The notes beneath the pieces are model-generated. The model was not told the origin of the DNA, did not search any database, and saw nothing but the letters and a program-made list of their open reading frames with translations. This document shows positions 33,545 through 47,417 of a stretch of DNA of 60,743 nucleotides, piece by piece. Position numbers and translations under genes: made by a program. This stretch comes from Macrostomum lignano (lineage: Eukaryota): positions 1 through 60,743 of the forward strand of contig NIVC01001576.1 in assembly GCA_002269645.1 (NCBI GenBank), written 5' to 3'. Each line of letters starts with the position of its first letter. The first letter of the stretch is position 1.

Positions 33545-35300
33545 ATTCATATCTCCGACACTTCATATCTCCGACACTTCATATCTCCGACACTTCACAT
33601 CTCCGACACTTCACATCTCCGTCAATTCATATCTCCGACACTTCATAGCTCCGCTGACACTTCATATCTCCGACAATTCACATCTCCGACACTTCACATC
33701 TCCGACAATTCATATCTCCGACACTTCATAGCTCCGCTGACACTTCATATCTCCGACAATTCATATCTCCGACACTTCATATCTCCGACACTTCATATCT
33801 CCGACACTTCACATCTCCGACACTTCACATCTCCGACAATTCATATCTCCGACACTTCATAGCTCCGCTGACACTTCATATCTCCGACAATTCATATCTC
33901 CGACACTTCACATCTCCGACACTTCACATCTCCGATACTTCATATCTCCGACACATCACATCTTTGACACTTCACATCTCCGACAATTCATATCTCCGAC
34001 ACTTCGCATCTCCTAAAATTCATATCTCCGACACTTCATATCTCCGACAATTCATATCTCCGACACTTCATATCTCCGACACTTCATATCTCCGAAACTT
34101 CATATCTCCGCTGACACTTCATATCTCTGACAATTCATATCTCCGACACTTCATATCTCCGACACTTCACATCTCCGACACTTCATATCTCCGACACTTC
34201 ACATCTTTGACACTTCACATATCCGACAATTCAAATCTCCGACACTTCATATCTCCGACAATTCATATCTCCGACACTTCATATCTCCGACAATTCATAT
34301 CTCCGACACTTCATATCTCCGACACTTCATATCTCCGACACTTCATATCTCCGACACTTCACTTCTCCGACAATTCATATCTCCGACACTTCATAATTCC
34401 GACACTTCACATCTCCGACACTTCATATCTCCGACACTTCATATCTCCGACACTTCATATCTCCGACAATTCATATCTCCGACACTTCATATCTCCGACA
34501 ATTCATATCTCCGACACTTCATATCTCCGACACTTCATATCTCCGACACTTCATATCTCCGACACTTCATATCTCCGACACTTCATATCTCCGACACTTC
34601 ACTTCTCCGACAATTCATATCTCCGACACTTCATAATTCCGACACTTCACTTCTCCGACACTTCATATCTCCGACACTTCACTTCTCCGACAATTCATAT
34701 CTCCGACACTTCATATCTCCGACACTTCACTTCTCCGACAATTCATATCTCCGACACTTCATAATTCCGACACTTCACTTCTCCGACAATACATATCTCC
34801 GACACTTCATAATTCCGACACTTCACTTCTCCGACAATTCATATCTCCGACACTTCATAATTCCGACACTTCACTTCTCCGACAATACATATCTCCGACA
34901 CTTCATATCTCCGACACTTCACTTCTCCGACAATTCATATCTCCGACACTTCATATCTCCGACACTTCACTTCTCCGACAATTCATATCTCCGACACTTC
35001 ATATCTCCGACACTTCACTTCTCCGACAATTCATATCTCCGACACTTCATAATTCCGACACTTCACTTCTCCGACAATACATATCTCCGACACTTCATAA
35101 TTCCGACACTTCACTTCTCCGACACTTCATATCTCCGACACTTCACTTCTCCGACAATTCATATCTCCTACACTTCATATCTCCGACACTTCAGTTTAGC
35201 AGCCTCTTTCATAGCTCCGAAACTCCCATGTCTCCGTTAGGGTTAGGTTTAGGGATAGGGTTAAGCTTGTTGGAGATATGAAGTGTCCGAGATATGATTT
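33545..35300. repeat. 16-bp minisatellite (TCATATCTCCGACACT, about 100 copies) followed by a TTAGGG-like core and two inverted copies of the unit; probable expanded MITE arm
   Basis: Array 33545-35193; TTAGGGTTAGGTTTAGGGATAGGGTTAAG at about 35237-35265; GGAGATATGAAGTGTCCGAGATATGA at about 35272-35297. Confidence 0.85.
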
Positions 35301-37854
35301 CGGCGGGAAAATTTAAATCCAATTTCGAGCCTAAAACATAAAGAATTCTATGGAGAAGTTCGTATTAGCTGGGATTGAAATAATTTTCAAGCTTCATCAA
35401 AGAGTCAGAGAATGCGGGCGAGCCCCGTACACAGTGAAATTTGTATCACATTTGAACACCCCAGTGAACCTCGGGACTCGAGTCTCGGGGCACTAAATTA
35501 GAAACAGGAGAAGGAGATAATGCCACCGCCGCATCGCTGAGCAACTACTTTGCTTTGAGACCTATCGATGAGTTCGAATAATTTTTTTCGGGAAGCTAGA
35601 ACCGCGACTCTCCGACTTTGCTGACCGAAGCGAAAGTCAATTCGAGTTGTGGCCGGAGCGAGATAAGGTTGCAGTGGAATGGAAATTCCCCGCCTGCTAT
35701 CTCCCAGCCCGCCCTCGTGACTCGCTCAGTTTGCAGTTTGCGGCTTACAATGGTCTGCTGCTTGGCTGACCTGATTTATCCTAATCGCTGAGCCTTGGGC
35801 CTGGGGGCAGAGGGATTCTGCTGGGCTATGAGCTAGTAAATCGCTTAACTTTTATCAACATCTCCTGCTAAGAGGAGCTCTCAGAGAGGGAGAGGAACCC
35901 TCAGACTTTGGTTTGCCGCTTCTGATCCTCACACATGAGTCCCCCCCCCGATCGGAACTTTTGAGCAGGTGGCTGACTGCGGGTCGCGCGGCACACTTAA
36001 CTCTTGTCACCCCTCCTCTTTCTCTCTCAGCTAAGTATATTTTTGATACCTAATAGATGGGCGCCATTGATAGGCCCGCCTGCTGGTATGCAAATTGAAA
36101 CGGGTGAGTTTTTCACGGGTGAGAACAGCGCCCGACACCCAGCGGCCTTATCACGGGCTTGAGCTCCGTTATCGCCCCCCGACCCTACCGAACCTGTTAA
36201 ATGGATATTTATTTCCCTACTCGCGTGAAGTGACTCAGAATTGAAAGCTCCCTCCCTCTTTTTTAAATCATTGCTTGTCCCAGCGAATTAAGAATTGGGC
36301 TGGTGCCCATGGGACGCCTGCAGACAGTTGCAACCTCTTCAAAGCACCCCTTTCCCAGCCTGCCCCTGTCTGCTGCTTTTTTGCCGGGCCCGCCCCCTCC
36401 CAATCCGAGTTTTTTAATCAAAACTTTTCTCACAGCTGAGCCGGCCGAGGACAAAGCACATGCGCGCCCCATCGAATATTGAATCGCTCAGCCGCCCGCC
36501 TGATTGGAGTTAACGGCCTCCCTCTGCCAGTTGTTTATCCATTGGAATTCTGTTTGCAAAGATTAATTTTATTCTCCGGGATTCCAGCCCCCAGCGCCTT
36601 GCCGCTCCCAGCCGTGACAGGAATGTCTCACGGGTCGGTGACCCCAGTGGGGAGTGTCTCTTCAATCCGTCCGTCGCACGTCCGTAATAAGCTGAAGAAA
36701 GAAAAGTTAAAAGAGGAAGGGTTGCCCGAAGCGACTCTCAGCTCGTATTTCCGAGCGGAACGCTGACGCAACCAAGCGCTCATCGCGAGCTCAAACTCAA
36801 TGCTTGTCAGCTGAAGGATAATTGAAGAATCAATTTAACGCAAGAGGAGCCCCGTGAGGGTGCTAAATTATTTTGAAAAGGGTGTTTATGTTTACGCCAA
36901 CCTCAATCTGTCTATGGATATTGAGCTTGACTGGAACTGTCACGTCTCAAAACCATTTGGTAATGCAGCCTTTTCCATTCAATATTTTGATTTCTTCATG
37001 CCCTAACATTGACGGACGGATGACCCCAGGACCAACTCTACTCAACGAGAGACTGCATGATGCATCTCCTCAGCTCCTGGTTCGCATGTTTCCACTTCCA
37101 GCAGAGCTCTGAGCAGCTGTTCCCAAGTCCAGATCTCAGAACCCCCGCCTGCAGGTTTGCCGAACATTATTCAGAGCCTTTCCTGCCATCGAAGCCAAAA
37201 AAATCAGAACGGATCGCCCGGTGGCGTGACTGCTCAGGGCAGCGCCATTTTCTTGGTTTGACTCGGGGATGCTCGGGGACCAGCGGAACCCCTGCTCAAC
37301 AGGAAGCTCAACGTCATGCCAGCTGATTCTGAGTAAAGCGCGCCCCACCTGAGCTCACATCCATTAGCTGAGGTGCACAGATCAGATCTGCATATTTTTA
37401 GCAAAGCTCCCTATCTGCTCACAAATTTCTTAGAATTGTTGACTCGAAAGCACCTGACACAAATTTATTTCATTCAGCAACACTCGTACAGCTTATAGCA
37501 TTCGATTAAGCAAAGTTTGCGGCAGCAGCCCGGTGCCTGACCGCTCAGATACCATCTGTTTGCTCATATCAGCTTCCACTTTGCTGCCCCCATCTGGAGA
37601 GCCCGGTAGGCTGCGTAAACACGCTGTCCGATACTCAGACCCCTTCTCCTTCGGGACCAACAGCTCCCGCCGATGCCAAGGGGGTCTGGGATCACCTTTT
37701 TTTCACAGCTTTTTTGTCGAAATCAGCATCCCAGCGGGGTGTTAAATATAGACAGATGGCACCTCAACTCTGGTGGAAACTTGGACAGCTAAGTGACGCA
37801 TGTTGATATGTTGATACCCGCCAAACAGGATAGGCAATATTTTGAAATCGATTC

Positions 37855-38344
<490 letters not shown>

Positions 38345-38379
38345 AAGGCAGGCAGAGCCGGTGCAGTGCAGGTCGGAGC

Positions 38380-38548
38380 CAGAGGAGGTCGGAGCCAGAG
38401 GAGGTCGGAGCCAGAGGAGACCGCAGCCAGAGGAGACCGCAGCCAGAGGAGACCGCAGCCAGAGGAGACCGCAGCCAGAGGAGACCGCAGCCAGAGGAGA
38501 CCGCAGCCAGAGGAGACCGCAGCCAGAGGAGACCGCAGCCAGAGGAGA
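38380..38548 (+). repeat. 16-bp repeat (CCAGAGGAGACCGCAG)
   Basis: Direct, about 10 units. Confidence 0.9.
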
Positions 38549-39124
38549 CATTCATCAATTGCAAATTCCTCTGTCGTTTCCCCAGCCCGAGACCCCCCTC
38601 CCGCAGCCAGTTATACAAAGTTTGTTTTCTTCTCCCAGCTTCCCAATCGGCGGAATTGGCGCGGATGAGGCGGAGCGGGGGGGCGGGGACGCGGAAGTGC
38701 CGTGGAGTGTAAAAATCCAATTTGGTGGCCGAGCAGCCCAGGCACGCGTAATTGAATCCGTGACACCTGATTTGCATAGCAATGGGGCCCGCGCAGATTC
38801 CCGGCCTGTTTACAGGCAGTGTTAAACACTTCCATTATCCCTTCTCTTCCGTCTCGCTTGCCCTTCCCCCCCCCCTATCGCACTCCCCTCCTCAATCACT
38901 TGCAACTCGCCAATCCATTTTATTAATCTCGTCAGACCGACTCAGACTTGCCACTTTCTCTCTCTCTCTCTCTCTCTCTCCTTCCTTTCACTCTGCCGAG
39001 CTCTCAGATCCCAAAGTCTTGCCCGCTTGCCTACTCAGCTCCGGCCCGGAGGGCCTCGGGCTGCTGAAACCCCCACTGAGCTCCCTTCAAATCGACATCT
39101 GATTAAAACTGGCCATGCAGCGAC

Positions 39125-40290
39125 TGCCACCCTGTCTACTCTGCCTGTCTACACTGCCTGTCTACTCTGCCTGTCTACTCTGCCTGTCTACTCTGCCTGT
39201 CTACTCTCCTTGCCTATTCTGCCTGTCTACTCTCCTTGCCTATTCTGCCTGTCTACTCTGCCTGTCTACTCTGCCTGTCTACTCTGCCTGTCTACTCTCC
39301 TTGCCTATTCTGCCTGTCTACTCTGCCTGTCTACTCTCCCTGTCTACTTTTCCTGTCTACTCTCCTTGTCTACTCTCCTTGTCTACTCTCCTTGTCTACT
39401 CTCCTTGTCTACTCTCCTTGTCTACTCTCCTTGTCTACTCTCCTTGTCTACTCTCCTTGTCTACTCTGCCTGTCTACTCTGCCTGTCTACTCTGCCTGTC
39501 TATTCTGCCTGTGTATTCTGCATGTGTCTACTCTCCCTGTCTACTTCCCTTGTCTACTCTCCTTGTCTACTCTCCTTGTCTACTCTCCTTTTCTACTCTC
39601 CTTGTCTACTCTCCTTGTCTACTCTCCTTGTCTACTCTCCTTGTCTACTCTCCTTGTCTACTCTGCCTGTCTACTCTGCCTGTCTACTCTGCCTCTCTAT
39701 TCTGCCTGTGTATTCTGCATGTGTCTACTCTCCCTGTCTACTTCCCTTGTCTACTCTCCTTGTCTACTCTCCTTGTCTACTCTCCTTTTCTACTCTCCTT
39801 GTCTACTCTCCTTGTCTACTCTCCTTGTCTACTCTCCTTGTCTACTCTCCTTGTCTACTCTCCTTGTCTACTCTCCTTGTCTACTCTGCCTGTCTACTCT
39901 GCCTGTCTACTCTGCCTCTCTATTCTGCCTGTGTATTCTGCATGTGTCTACTCTCCCTGTCTACTTCCCTTGTCTACCCTCCTTGTCTACTCTCCTTGTC
40001 TACTCTCCTTGTCTACTCTCCTTGTCTACTCTGCCTGTCTACTCTGCCTGTCTACTCTGCCTGTCTATTCTGCCTTTGTATTCTGCATGTGTCTACTCTC
40101 CCTGTCTACTTCCCTTGTCTACTCTCCTTGTCTACCCTCCTTGTCTACTCTGCCTGTCTACTCTGCCTGTCTACTCTACCTGTCTACTCTACCTGTCTAC
40201 TCTGCATGTCTGTTCCGCCTGTCTACTCTGCCTGTCTACTCTCCCTGTCTCTTATGCTTGTCTAATCTACCTGTCTACTTTACCTGCATC
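39125..40290 (+). repeat. 13-bp minisatellite (CTACTCT(C/G)C(T/C)TGT) with higher-order blocks
   Basis: Direct; the variant GTGTATTCTGCATGTG recurs near 39510, 39710 and 39930, with a similar variant near 40080. Confidence 0.92.
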
Positions 40291-40788
40291 CTCTCCCTGC
40301 AGCGGCCTCTCCATCCCTCCATCTCCTTCTTGTTCAAGTTGTTCGAGCCCGAGCCCCCTGTAGTCCAGAGCCCATTCTCGCAGCTCATCATTGATGACAA
40401 TTGAAAAGTTCAGAAGAATGACAGCCAGATGGGCAAAGCATCGAGTTTTAATCAGTAATGCTGCTACTCTAAGCAATTTTATTGAATTTTTTCAATCCTT
40501 TTTGTCAATAAGGACTAATAAAAATCATACATAAGTGATTCAAAAGAGATCATTTGCTCAAACAACAATATAAAAAAAGATTACGGTATGCAGTCTAAAG
40601 GAGTGGAATTACAGCAGGGCAGTTGACAAGCAGTGAGTTGTAAATGTTTGTAAGCAGTGTACATGCCTACCGACTCAACAGGTGCAGGCTTCATGGCACT
40701 GAGACTTCCTTTGTATCGCTTCATCTCAATCGAATATTCCAGCTTCATCAGTACTCGCGCCTGAAATATATTGAATTAAGGATTGAGT

Positions 40789-41062
40789 TCTCAATGACTC
40801 CAAACTGATTCTCAATGACTCCAAACTGATTCTCAATGACTCCAAACTGATTCTCAATGACTCCAAACTGATTCTCAATGACTCCAAACTGATTCTCAAT
40901 GACTCCAAACTGATTCTCAATGACTCCAAACTGATTCTCAATGACTCCAAACTGATTCTCAATGACTCCAAACTGATTCTCAATGACTCCAAACTGATTC
41001 TCAATGACTCCAAACTGATTCTCAATGACTCCAAACTGATTCTCAATGACTCCAAACTGATT
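40789..41062. repeat. Perfect 21-bp repeat x13 (TCTCAATGACTCCAAACTGAT) just 3' of the Irx stop
   Basis: Direct; no variants seen. Confidence 0.95.
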
Positions 41063-41181
41063 CTTTTGGCTCCGCCTTGTAAATGTGATGCCTGTAGGAA
41101 AGTGACCCCGCGTTGTTGGGTCAAAGCCTGCAGCCTCTCTGGTTCCCCTATCAGATCTGCTTCCCAGCGTCCCACCGCACC

Positions 41182-42816
41182 TCATCTCCCTGATCCGGAA
41201 GCTGGCAGGTGCTGCGCCGCCGGCCCGGACGCCATCTCCGACGTCAGCAGCGGCGGCGGGAACCCGGCGGCGGCGGCGGCAGCGGCGGCAGCGGCAAAGG
41301 CGGCGGTGGACGAAGCCGGCGGGAAAGGCGGGAACTGCAGGCCGAGAGGCGGATGCGGCGGCGGCGGGAACAGCGGCAGGTAGTGCGGCGGCGGCTGTGG
41401 CAGCGGCTGCGGCAGCGGCGAAGGCGGCAACAGCGGGTGGTGCCCAGCTGGTCCGCTGATTTTCGCAGCCGAGGCGGCGCTGGTCGCAGCTGCAGCAGCG
41501 GCCATCGCAGCGGCAGACTGCTGGGACAGCAGCCCCGCTAGAGGGTGCGCCAGTGGGAAAGGAAACAGGCTGTGATGGAATGGCTGCTGCTGTTGCTGCT
41601 TCTGTTGCTGCTGCTGCGGCAACTGCAACTGCGGCGGCAGCGGCGGCGGCAGACTTACTAACGGTGGAAAAATCGGCGGTGGCTGCTTCCGCAACATGTG
41701 CTGCTGCTGCTGTTGCTGCTGGTGGTTGTCGCTGATGGTGTCCACCAGGGACCAGATTCGCGGCTTCTTCGCCGCCGACGCAGCAGCCGTCGCTCCCGGC
41801 CGCTTTCCTGTCGCGTCGCCGTCGCCTTCGCCGACTCCACCGCTGTCATCACCGCCTTCCGCTTCGACATCCCCAGCTGCCGCCGCCTCTTCGTTATCCA
41901 GCTCGTCGTCGTCATCGTCAAGATCGTCGACATCGTCGTCCAGATCACCGGCCAGCAGATCGCGCTCGCCCGAGGCTGCCCCGCCGGCAGCGCCAGCCTC
42001 TTCAGCGAGTCGCTTCTCCTCCTCGGAGCGGTTGCGGGGGCTCCACGTCATCTTGTTCTCCTTCTTGAGTCGACGCCGAGCGTTGGCAAACCAGGTTGAC
42101 ACCTGCGAGGATGGAGACGATCCCAGCTGAGCTGATTGATCGAGTTCAGGATTGTCCTAGAATGGGGCGCTGCCTGTCCGGACTGCCTTTGGGGGGACTG
42201 TCCTGGGGGAATGTCTTTGAGGAAGACACTGTCTTTGGGTTGCTGTCTTTTTGGAGGCTGTCTTCAAGCGGAAACTGTACTTGAGGAAATCAAAGCCGGT
42301 GCTCATCGCTCACCTGAGTTAGGGTCATCTTGGTGATGATGGCCAGCATGATCTTCTCCCCCTTGGACGGGTAGGGGTTCCGCTTGTGCTCCTGCAGCCA
42401 GGCCTTGAGCAGGGCCGTGGTCTCTCTGGTGGCGTTCTTCCGTCTCGGCCCGTCCAACCCGATGCCGCTGTTGTACACAGCCAGCAGGTGCGGGTCCAGG
42501 TTGTAGGCGAAGGCCGCCTGCTGCAGCTGCCGCCAGCTCTCCGCCGGACTGGCCGCGTCACCGCCGTCGCCGCCTTCAGCGGCCGCTTCGAACAGCCCCT
42601 GCGGCAGAGGCGGTGGCGGCGGCGGTGGAAGCCACGGCGAGTCGGCGCTTGAAGCTGCGGACTGGATAGGGCAGAGAGAGACGTGTCGGTATTGATTCTG
42701 CCTTCTGCCTGTGCCTGTCTGTCTGCCTGTGCCAGCGAGTCTGTCTGTGTCTCTCTGTCTGCCTTCTGCCTGTGCCTGTCTGTCTGCCTGTCTGTCTGTC
42801 TGTCTGTCTGTCTGCC

Positions 42817-42861
<45 letters not shown>

Positions 42862-42961
42862 TAGTGTCTGTATGTCTATTTTTGAGCCAGCTGGATAAGC
42901 AAGCCAGCTAAATGGATATTGTCAAGCTGGTTGCAGAGGAAGCAGAAACTCTCACCTGCAT
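41182..42961 (-). CDS. irx: Iroquois-class TALE homeobox transcription factor
   Basis: Homeodomain [44 protein letters not shown]|[20 protein letters not shown], an acidic tract, and IRO box [12 protein letters not shown]. Exons 42661-42314 and 42102-41182; probable micro first coding exon 42961-42956 (ATG CAG|GTGAG). The start codon is uncertain. Confidence 0.95.
42715..42862 (+). repeat. (TGTC)n microsatellite, Irx intron 1
   Basis: Direct. Confidence 0.9.
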
Positions 42962-43429
42962 TGGCTCATTGTTCGAAATCTCCTTTGTCTTCTTGGCTCC
43001 AACGGACATTGTGCTCTGTCAATGTGAACTGTCGTAGAATTTGGTGCTCGAAGTTGAGCTGAGTCTGCCGCTGCTCCCGCCTATTTATGCGGCCCCCGCT
43101 CGTCCGCCCAGACTCGCGGAACATTTGATGTCGGTGGTTGGGGGCGCAGAACACGATGAGGAGCCTCCGCCAGCCTCCTCCCTCTCCCCAATTGGCTCGG
43201 GATGCAGCGATGCCCAGCAGCTCCAGCCAATGGAGAGGCCCGATCAGCCCCGGATCCCAGCCTGTCTGCCTGTCACTTGGCAACATCAAACCTTCATGAC
43301 GCCCTTAGCTCGATTCCGTTTGTTGAAATGATGCGAATCATTTATATCTAGTTTATGTAGTTCGACCTGGGCATTAGCAGCATTGAGGGGCTGAACCTTT
43401 TTACGAAATTATTACGAGGTCGTTACGTG

Positions 43430-44260
43430 CTTGTTGCGGGATTGTTACGGAATTTTTATGGGATTGTTACGGGATTGTTACGGGATTGTTACAGGATTGT
43501 TACGGGATTGTTACGGGATTGTTACGGGATTGTTACGGGATTGTTACGGGATTGTTACGGGATTGTTACGGGATTGTTACGGGATTGATACGGGATTGTT
43601 ACGGGATTGTTACGGGATTGATACGGGATTGTTTTTATTTTTTTATTAGAGGCAGGGGGGTTGTGTGCACCCTGGCGCACTTTAAGTGACATTGCCACAC
43701 AACCGGCGAGAGGCATTACTGCCCATTCCGCCGACTCCCCTGAGCAGGCACACACTCACACAGGAGTGTACAGCGGCCCTAACTTTATATTATCGTTAGG
43801 CATGTACACTTCACTGCGCCTTGGGGGGGGGGGGTTGACTCTCAAGGCCGCTAATTGCACGAGCAGAGCCAAGCCGAGATTCCAATGCAGCCCCAAATTA
43901 ATGTGTCTGCACTTGGAATCGAGCCTGGGTCGCTGGCACACCAGAGCAGCTGCGCTACCGCTGGGCTACGGCCCCCTTCTACGGGATTGTTACGGAATTT
44001 TTATGGGATTGTTACGGGATTGTTACGGGATTGTTACGTGCTTGTTGCGGGATTGTTACGGAATTTTTATGGGATTGTTACGGGATTGTTACGGGATTGT
44101 TACGTGCTTGTTGCGGGATTGTTACGGAATTTTTATGGGATTGTTACGGGATTGTTACGGGATTGTTACGTGCTTGTTGCGGGATTGTTACGGAATTTTT
44201 ATGGGATTGTTACGGGATTGTTACGGGATTGTTACGGGATTGTTACGGGATTGTTACGGG
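43430..44260 (+). repeat. 11-bp minisatellite (GTTACGGGATT) with a higher-order unit, split by a SINE
   Basis: Direct; arrays at 43430-43631 and 43981-44260. Confidence 0.92.
43632..43976 (-). mobile_element. tRNA-derived SINE, about 345 bp, apparently full length
   Basis: Minus strand begins GGGGCCGTAGCCCAGCGGTAGCGC (A box TAGCCCAGCGG) and has a B-box-like GGCTCGATTCC at tRNA spacing, a ~270-bp unique body and an A-rich tail AATAAAAAAATAAAAA. The acceptor stem does not pair. Confidence 0.75.
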
Positions 44261-45814
44261 TTAATGAATCAATGTTGTTGATCTTGATGAAGTTTTTCAC
44301 GCGCTTGCGCAGTCCCTCAAAGCACTTGAACGCCCGAAGTTCAGTGCCAGGTTTCCAGCCTGCCGGTAGCCAAGCCCCAGTTTGGTCTTTTTAAACACAA
44401 TTAAGAATGTGGAGATGGAATGAAGAAAGAAGATCCCCCAAAGCAACAGGCATGCAGCGCGGGGCAAGGGGAGTCTGCTGCTCAGCAAAGCTTCAGCTCC
44501 AGGATGCGGACTCCAGCAGTGTCTTCCTGTTCCCACAATGGACTCATTGGCTCAGCGGGGGTCCAGAACGGAACAGTGATTTTCCCATTTGTGGCCCATG
44601 CAGGCCAGGGTGGTCCCGTCTGACACACGCGCAGGTAGAGCAGTAATTCCCCAGAGGAATTAACCATAATACTTAACCAAAAAATCAGATTCAAGGCACT
44701 GGAATTCCACTCAGAGGCCGCGGCTTCCTGCCCACACCGGCGTGCCTCGGCTGGAGATCAGCCAGGGAGCCCATTGTTGCTCAACTTGTGCGAGTGCTCA
44801 TTTAATCAGATGATTGTCCTCACGCGATATTTTCTGTTGTGCCCCCCCTCCTCCCCCAAGGAGCTCATTCATTGCTCTGGCAGCCGGGCAACTTGCTTGA
44901 ATGCGGGGCCACTTCCTGCCATCCCGGACTGCACAGTCTGACAAAGCTCAACAGATAGCCATCAAATGCTCAGGCTGTGCCAGCGTCCTGCGGTGACAAA
45001 GGGGTCTGACTCTGCTCTCTCCATCACCCAGAATCCGCTCCATCGCTTCCTGCCGATTGCAGGCAAAATGGATTGTTGCCCCCCCCCCTCTTGGTTGCTG
45101 CTGGCTTTGACTCTTTTGCTGAATAATTTCCTTTCTAGAAGAAGCAGAAGAAGAAGTTAGAGCGGAGCAGTTGATTCCGTTTACTTGGGGCCTCATCTGT
45201 TCCTTGAGCAGGGATTTATCTCGGGGAAATTCTTCCCTATACGTAGCTGCAGGACTCGAACTCGGCTCCCCCTGGGGACTCAGTGGCGATACATGATGAA
45301 GTTGTACGGCCAGCCTCCACAGGCCGCTCAATCGTTGGAAAAGCGAACCGCATGACTCGAAGGCTCTTGTCAGACACGCGGGGTCTCCTGGGGCCTCTGG
45401 AGGGGGGCTCCCTGCTCAGCATGGTCTCGCTCTGTTAAGCAGAGATTAGCGCAGATTTCGAGTTCGACCGGCAGGCTCGAGTCCCGCCCGGCTTTCCGCG
45501 GGGCTCAAATTATTATAAATATTTTTTTCATTTATTTTTGCAAAGCCAACAAGCTCTGCTTTGCAGGGCGCTCAACACCGCTCTCCGGCTCGCTTCACCG
45601 ATTGAGACCTGAGCAGCTTCCACAGGGACAGGGGCTGGGGAAGCCATGGCTCCTGCTTGGCTACTGGCATCAATTTTCTAGGAAATCTTGCCGTATCCCA
45701 GCTGAGGACATTTTTGTACGGAAAAATAGAAGAAAAAAAACTGATCGTGTTGGAGTTGTGCGTCTGATCGATTTCAAAGGCTGGAAGGCGTTTAAAAGTA
45801 AAAAATGGTCGCAC

Positions 45815-46135
45815 CAATCTCTCCCTACCTCTCCCTACCTCTCCTTACCTCTCCCTACCTCTCCCTACCTCTCCCTACCTCTCCCTACCTCTCCCTACCT
45901 CTCCCTACCTCTCCCTACCTCTCCCTACCTCTCCCTACCTCTCCCTAGCTCTCCCTACCTCTCCCTACCTCTCCCTACCTCTCCCTACCTCTCCCTACCT
46001 CTCCCTATCTCCCCTACCTCTCCCTACCTCTCCCTACCTCTCCCTAGCTCTCCCTATCTCTCCCTACCTCTCCCTACCTCTCCCTACCTCTCCCTACCTC
46101 TCCCTACTTCTCCTTATCTCTCCTACCTATCTCTC
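45815..46135 (+). repeat. 10-bp repeat (CTCTCCCTAC)
   Basis: Direct. Confidence 0.93.
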
Positions 46136-46574
46136 TTCACATTCCTTACTCTTCTACCTGCACTCTCCTCTCATCCAGTTAGTCTTCCTTTTTCTGTAAA
46201 TAAAAAGTCGGGAGCCAGCAGAATGGTCAGCATTGCCTCAGCGCAGGTCAACCTGCGGTTCTAAGTACGCGTTAAACTTGTTGCAGTATCGTGAATATCA
46301 CAGCAAAGCAGCGTGACACGCTACTGCTCACAGTAGTGCAATGCGGGCCCGAATATTTCAAACTGCAGAAGTATATTTAACATCAGTCCAGAAATCGATA
46401 AAAATTGAATGTCGCCAGCAAGCAGCAAAATGAGCGAATTTCCTAGCAATGGAGGCATGATCTTTGGTTTTAACTTTTTTGTACTATTTTTGAACATCTG
46501 CATTTAAACGAATTCTAGAATACTATTTTAATAACAGTTTAAATAGTAAATCATTCGAATTCTCGAGCATATTC

Positions 46575-47375
46575 ATGAGATTGACAGGGACAATCATGAG
46601 ATTTACATAGACAATCAGGAGATTGACGGAGACAATCATGTGGGATTGACAGAGACAATCACAAGATTGACAGAGACAATCACAAGATTGACAGAGACAA
46701 TCACAAGATTGACAGAGATAATCACAAGATTGACAGAGATAATCACAAGATTGATCACAAGATTGACAGAGACAATCACAAGATTGACAGAGATAATCAC
46801 AAGATTGACAGAGATAATCACAAGATTGACAGAGATAATCACAAGATTGACAAAGATAATCACAAGATTGACAGAGATAATCACAAGATTGACAAAGATA
46901 ATCACAAGATTGACAAAGATAATCACAAGATTGACAGAGATAATCACAAGATTGACAGAGACAATCACAAGTTGACAGAGATAATCACAAGATTGACAGA
47001 GACAATCACAAGATTGACAGAGACAATCACAAGATTGACAGAGATAATCACAAGATTGACAGAGATAATCACAAGATTGACAGAGACAATCACAAGATTG
47101 ACAGAGACAATCACAAGATTGACAGAGATGATCACAAGATTGACAAAGATAATCACAATATTGACAGAGATAATCACAAGATTGACAGAGATAATCACAA
47201 GATTAACAGTGACAATCACAAGATTGACAGAGATAATCACAACATTGACAGAGACAATCACAAGATTGACAGAGATAATCACAAGATTGACATGGATAAT
47301 CACGAGATTGACAGGGATAATCACAAGATTAACAGAGACAATCACAAGATTGACAGGGATAATCACAAGATTGAC
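46575..47375 (+). repeat. 21-bp minisatellite (ACAAGATTGACAGAGA(T/C)AATC), about 38 copies
   Basis: Direct. Confidence 0.95.
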
Positions 47376-47417
47376 ATGCTGAGAAATTGAGGTATTGCCA
47401 ATCAGCACGACAAGGTG

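Noticed and set aside
35237-35265. True telomere or chromosome-fusion scar
   Set aside because: Only about five degenerate hexamers, embedded in a symmetric repeat element.
40290-40440. Additional Irx coding exon
   Set aside because: A donor-like AG|GTAAAG is present, but Irx already has an in-frame stop at 41182 and the translation shows no Irx features.
43900-43976. Functional tRNA gene
   Set aside because: A and B boxes are present, but the acceptor and anticodon stems do not pair, and the sequence continues into a body and A-tail; called a SINE instead.
45440-45495. tRNA-like A-box/B-box pair (TAGCGCAG..GGCTCGAGTCC)
   Set aside because: Spacing of about 28 nt is too short and no cloverleaf forms.
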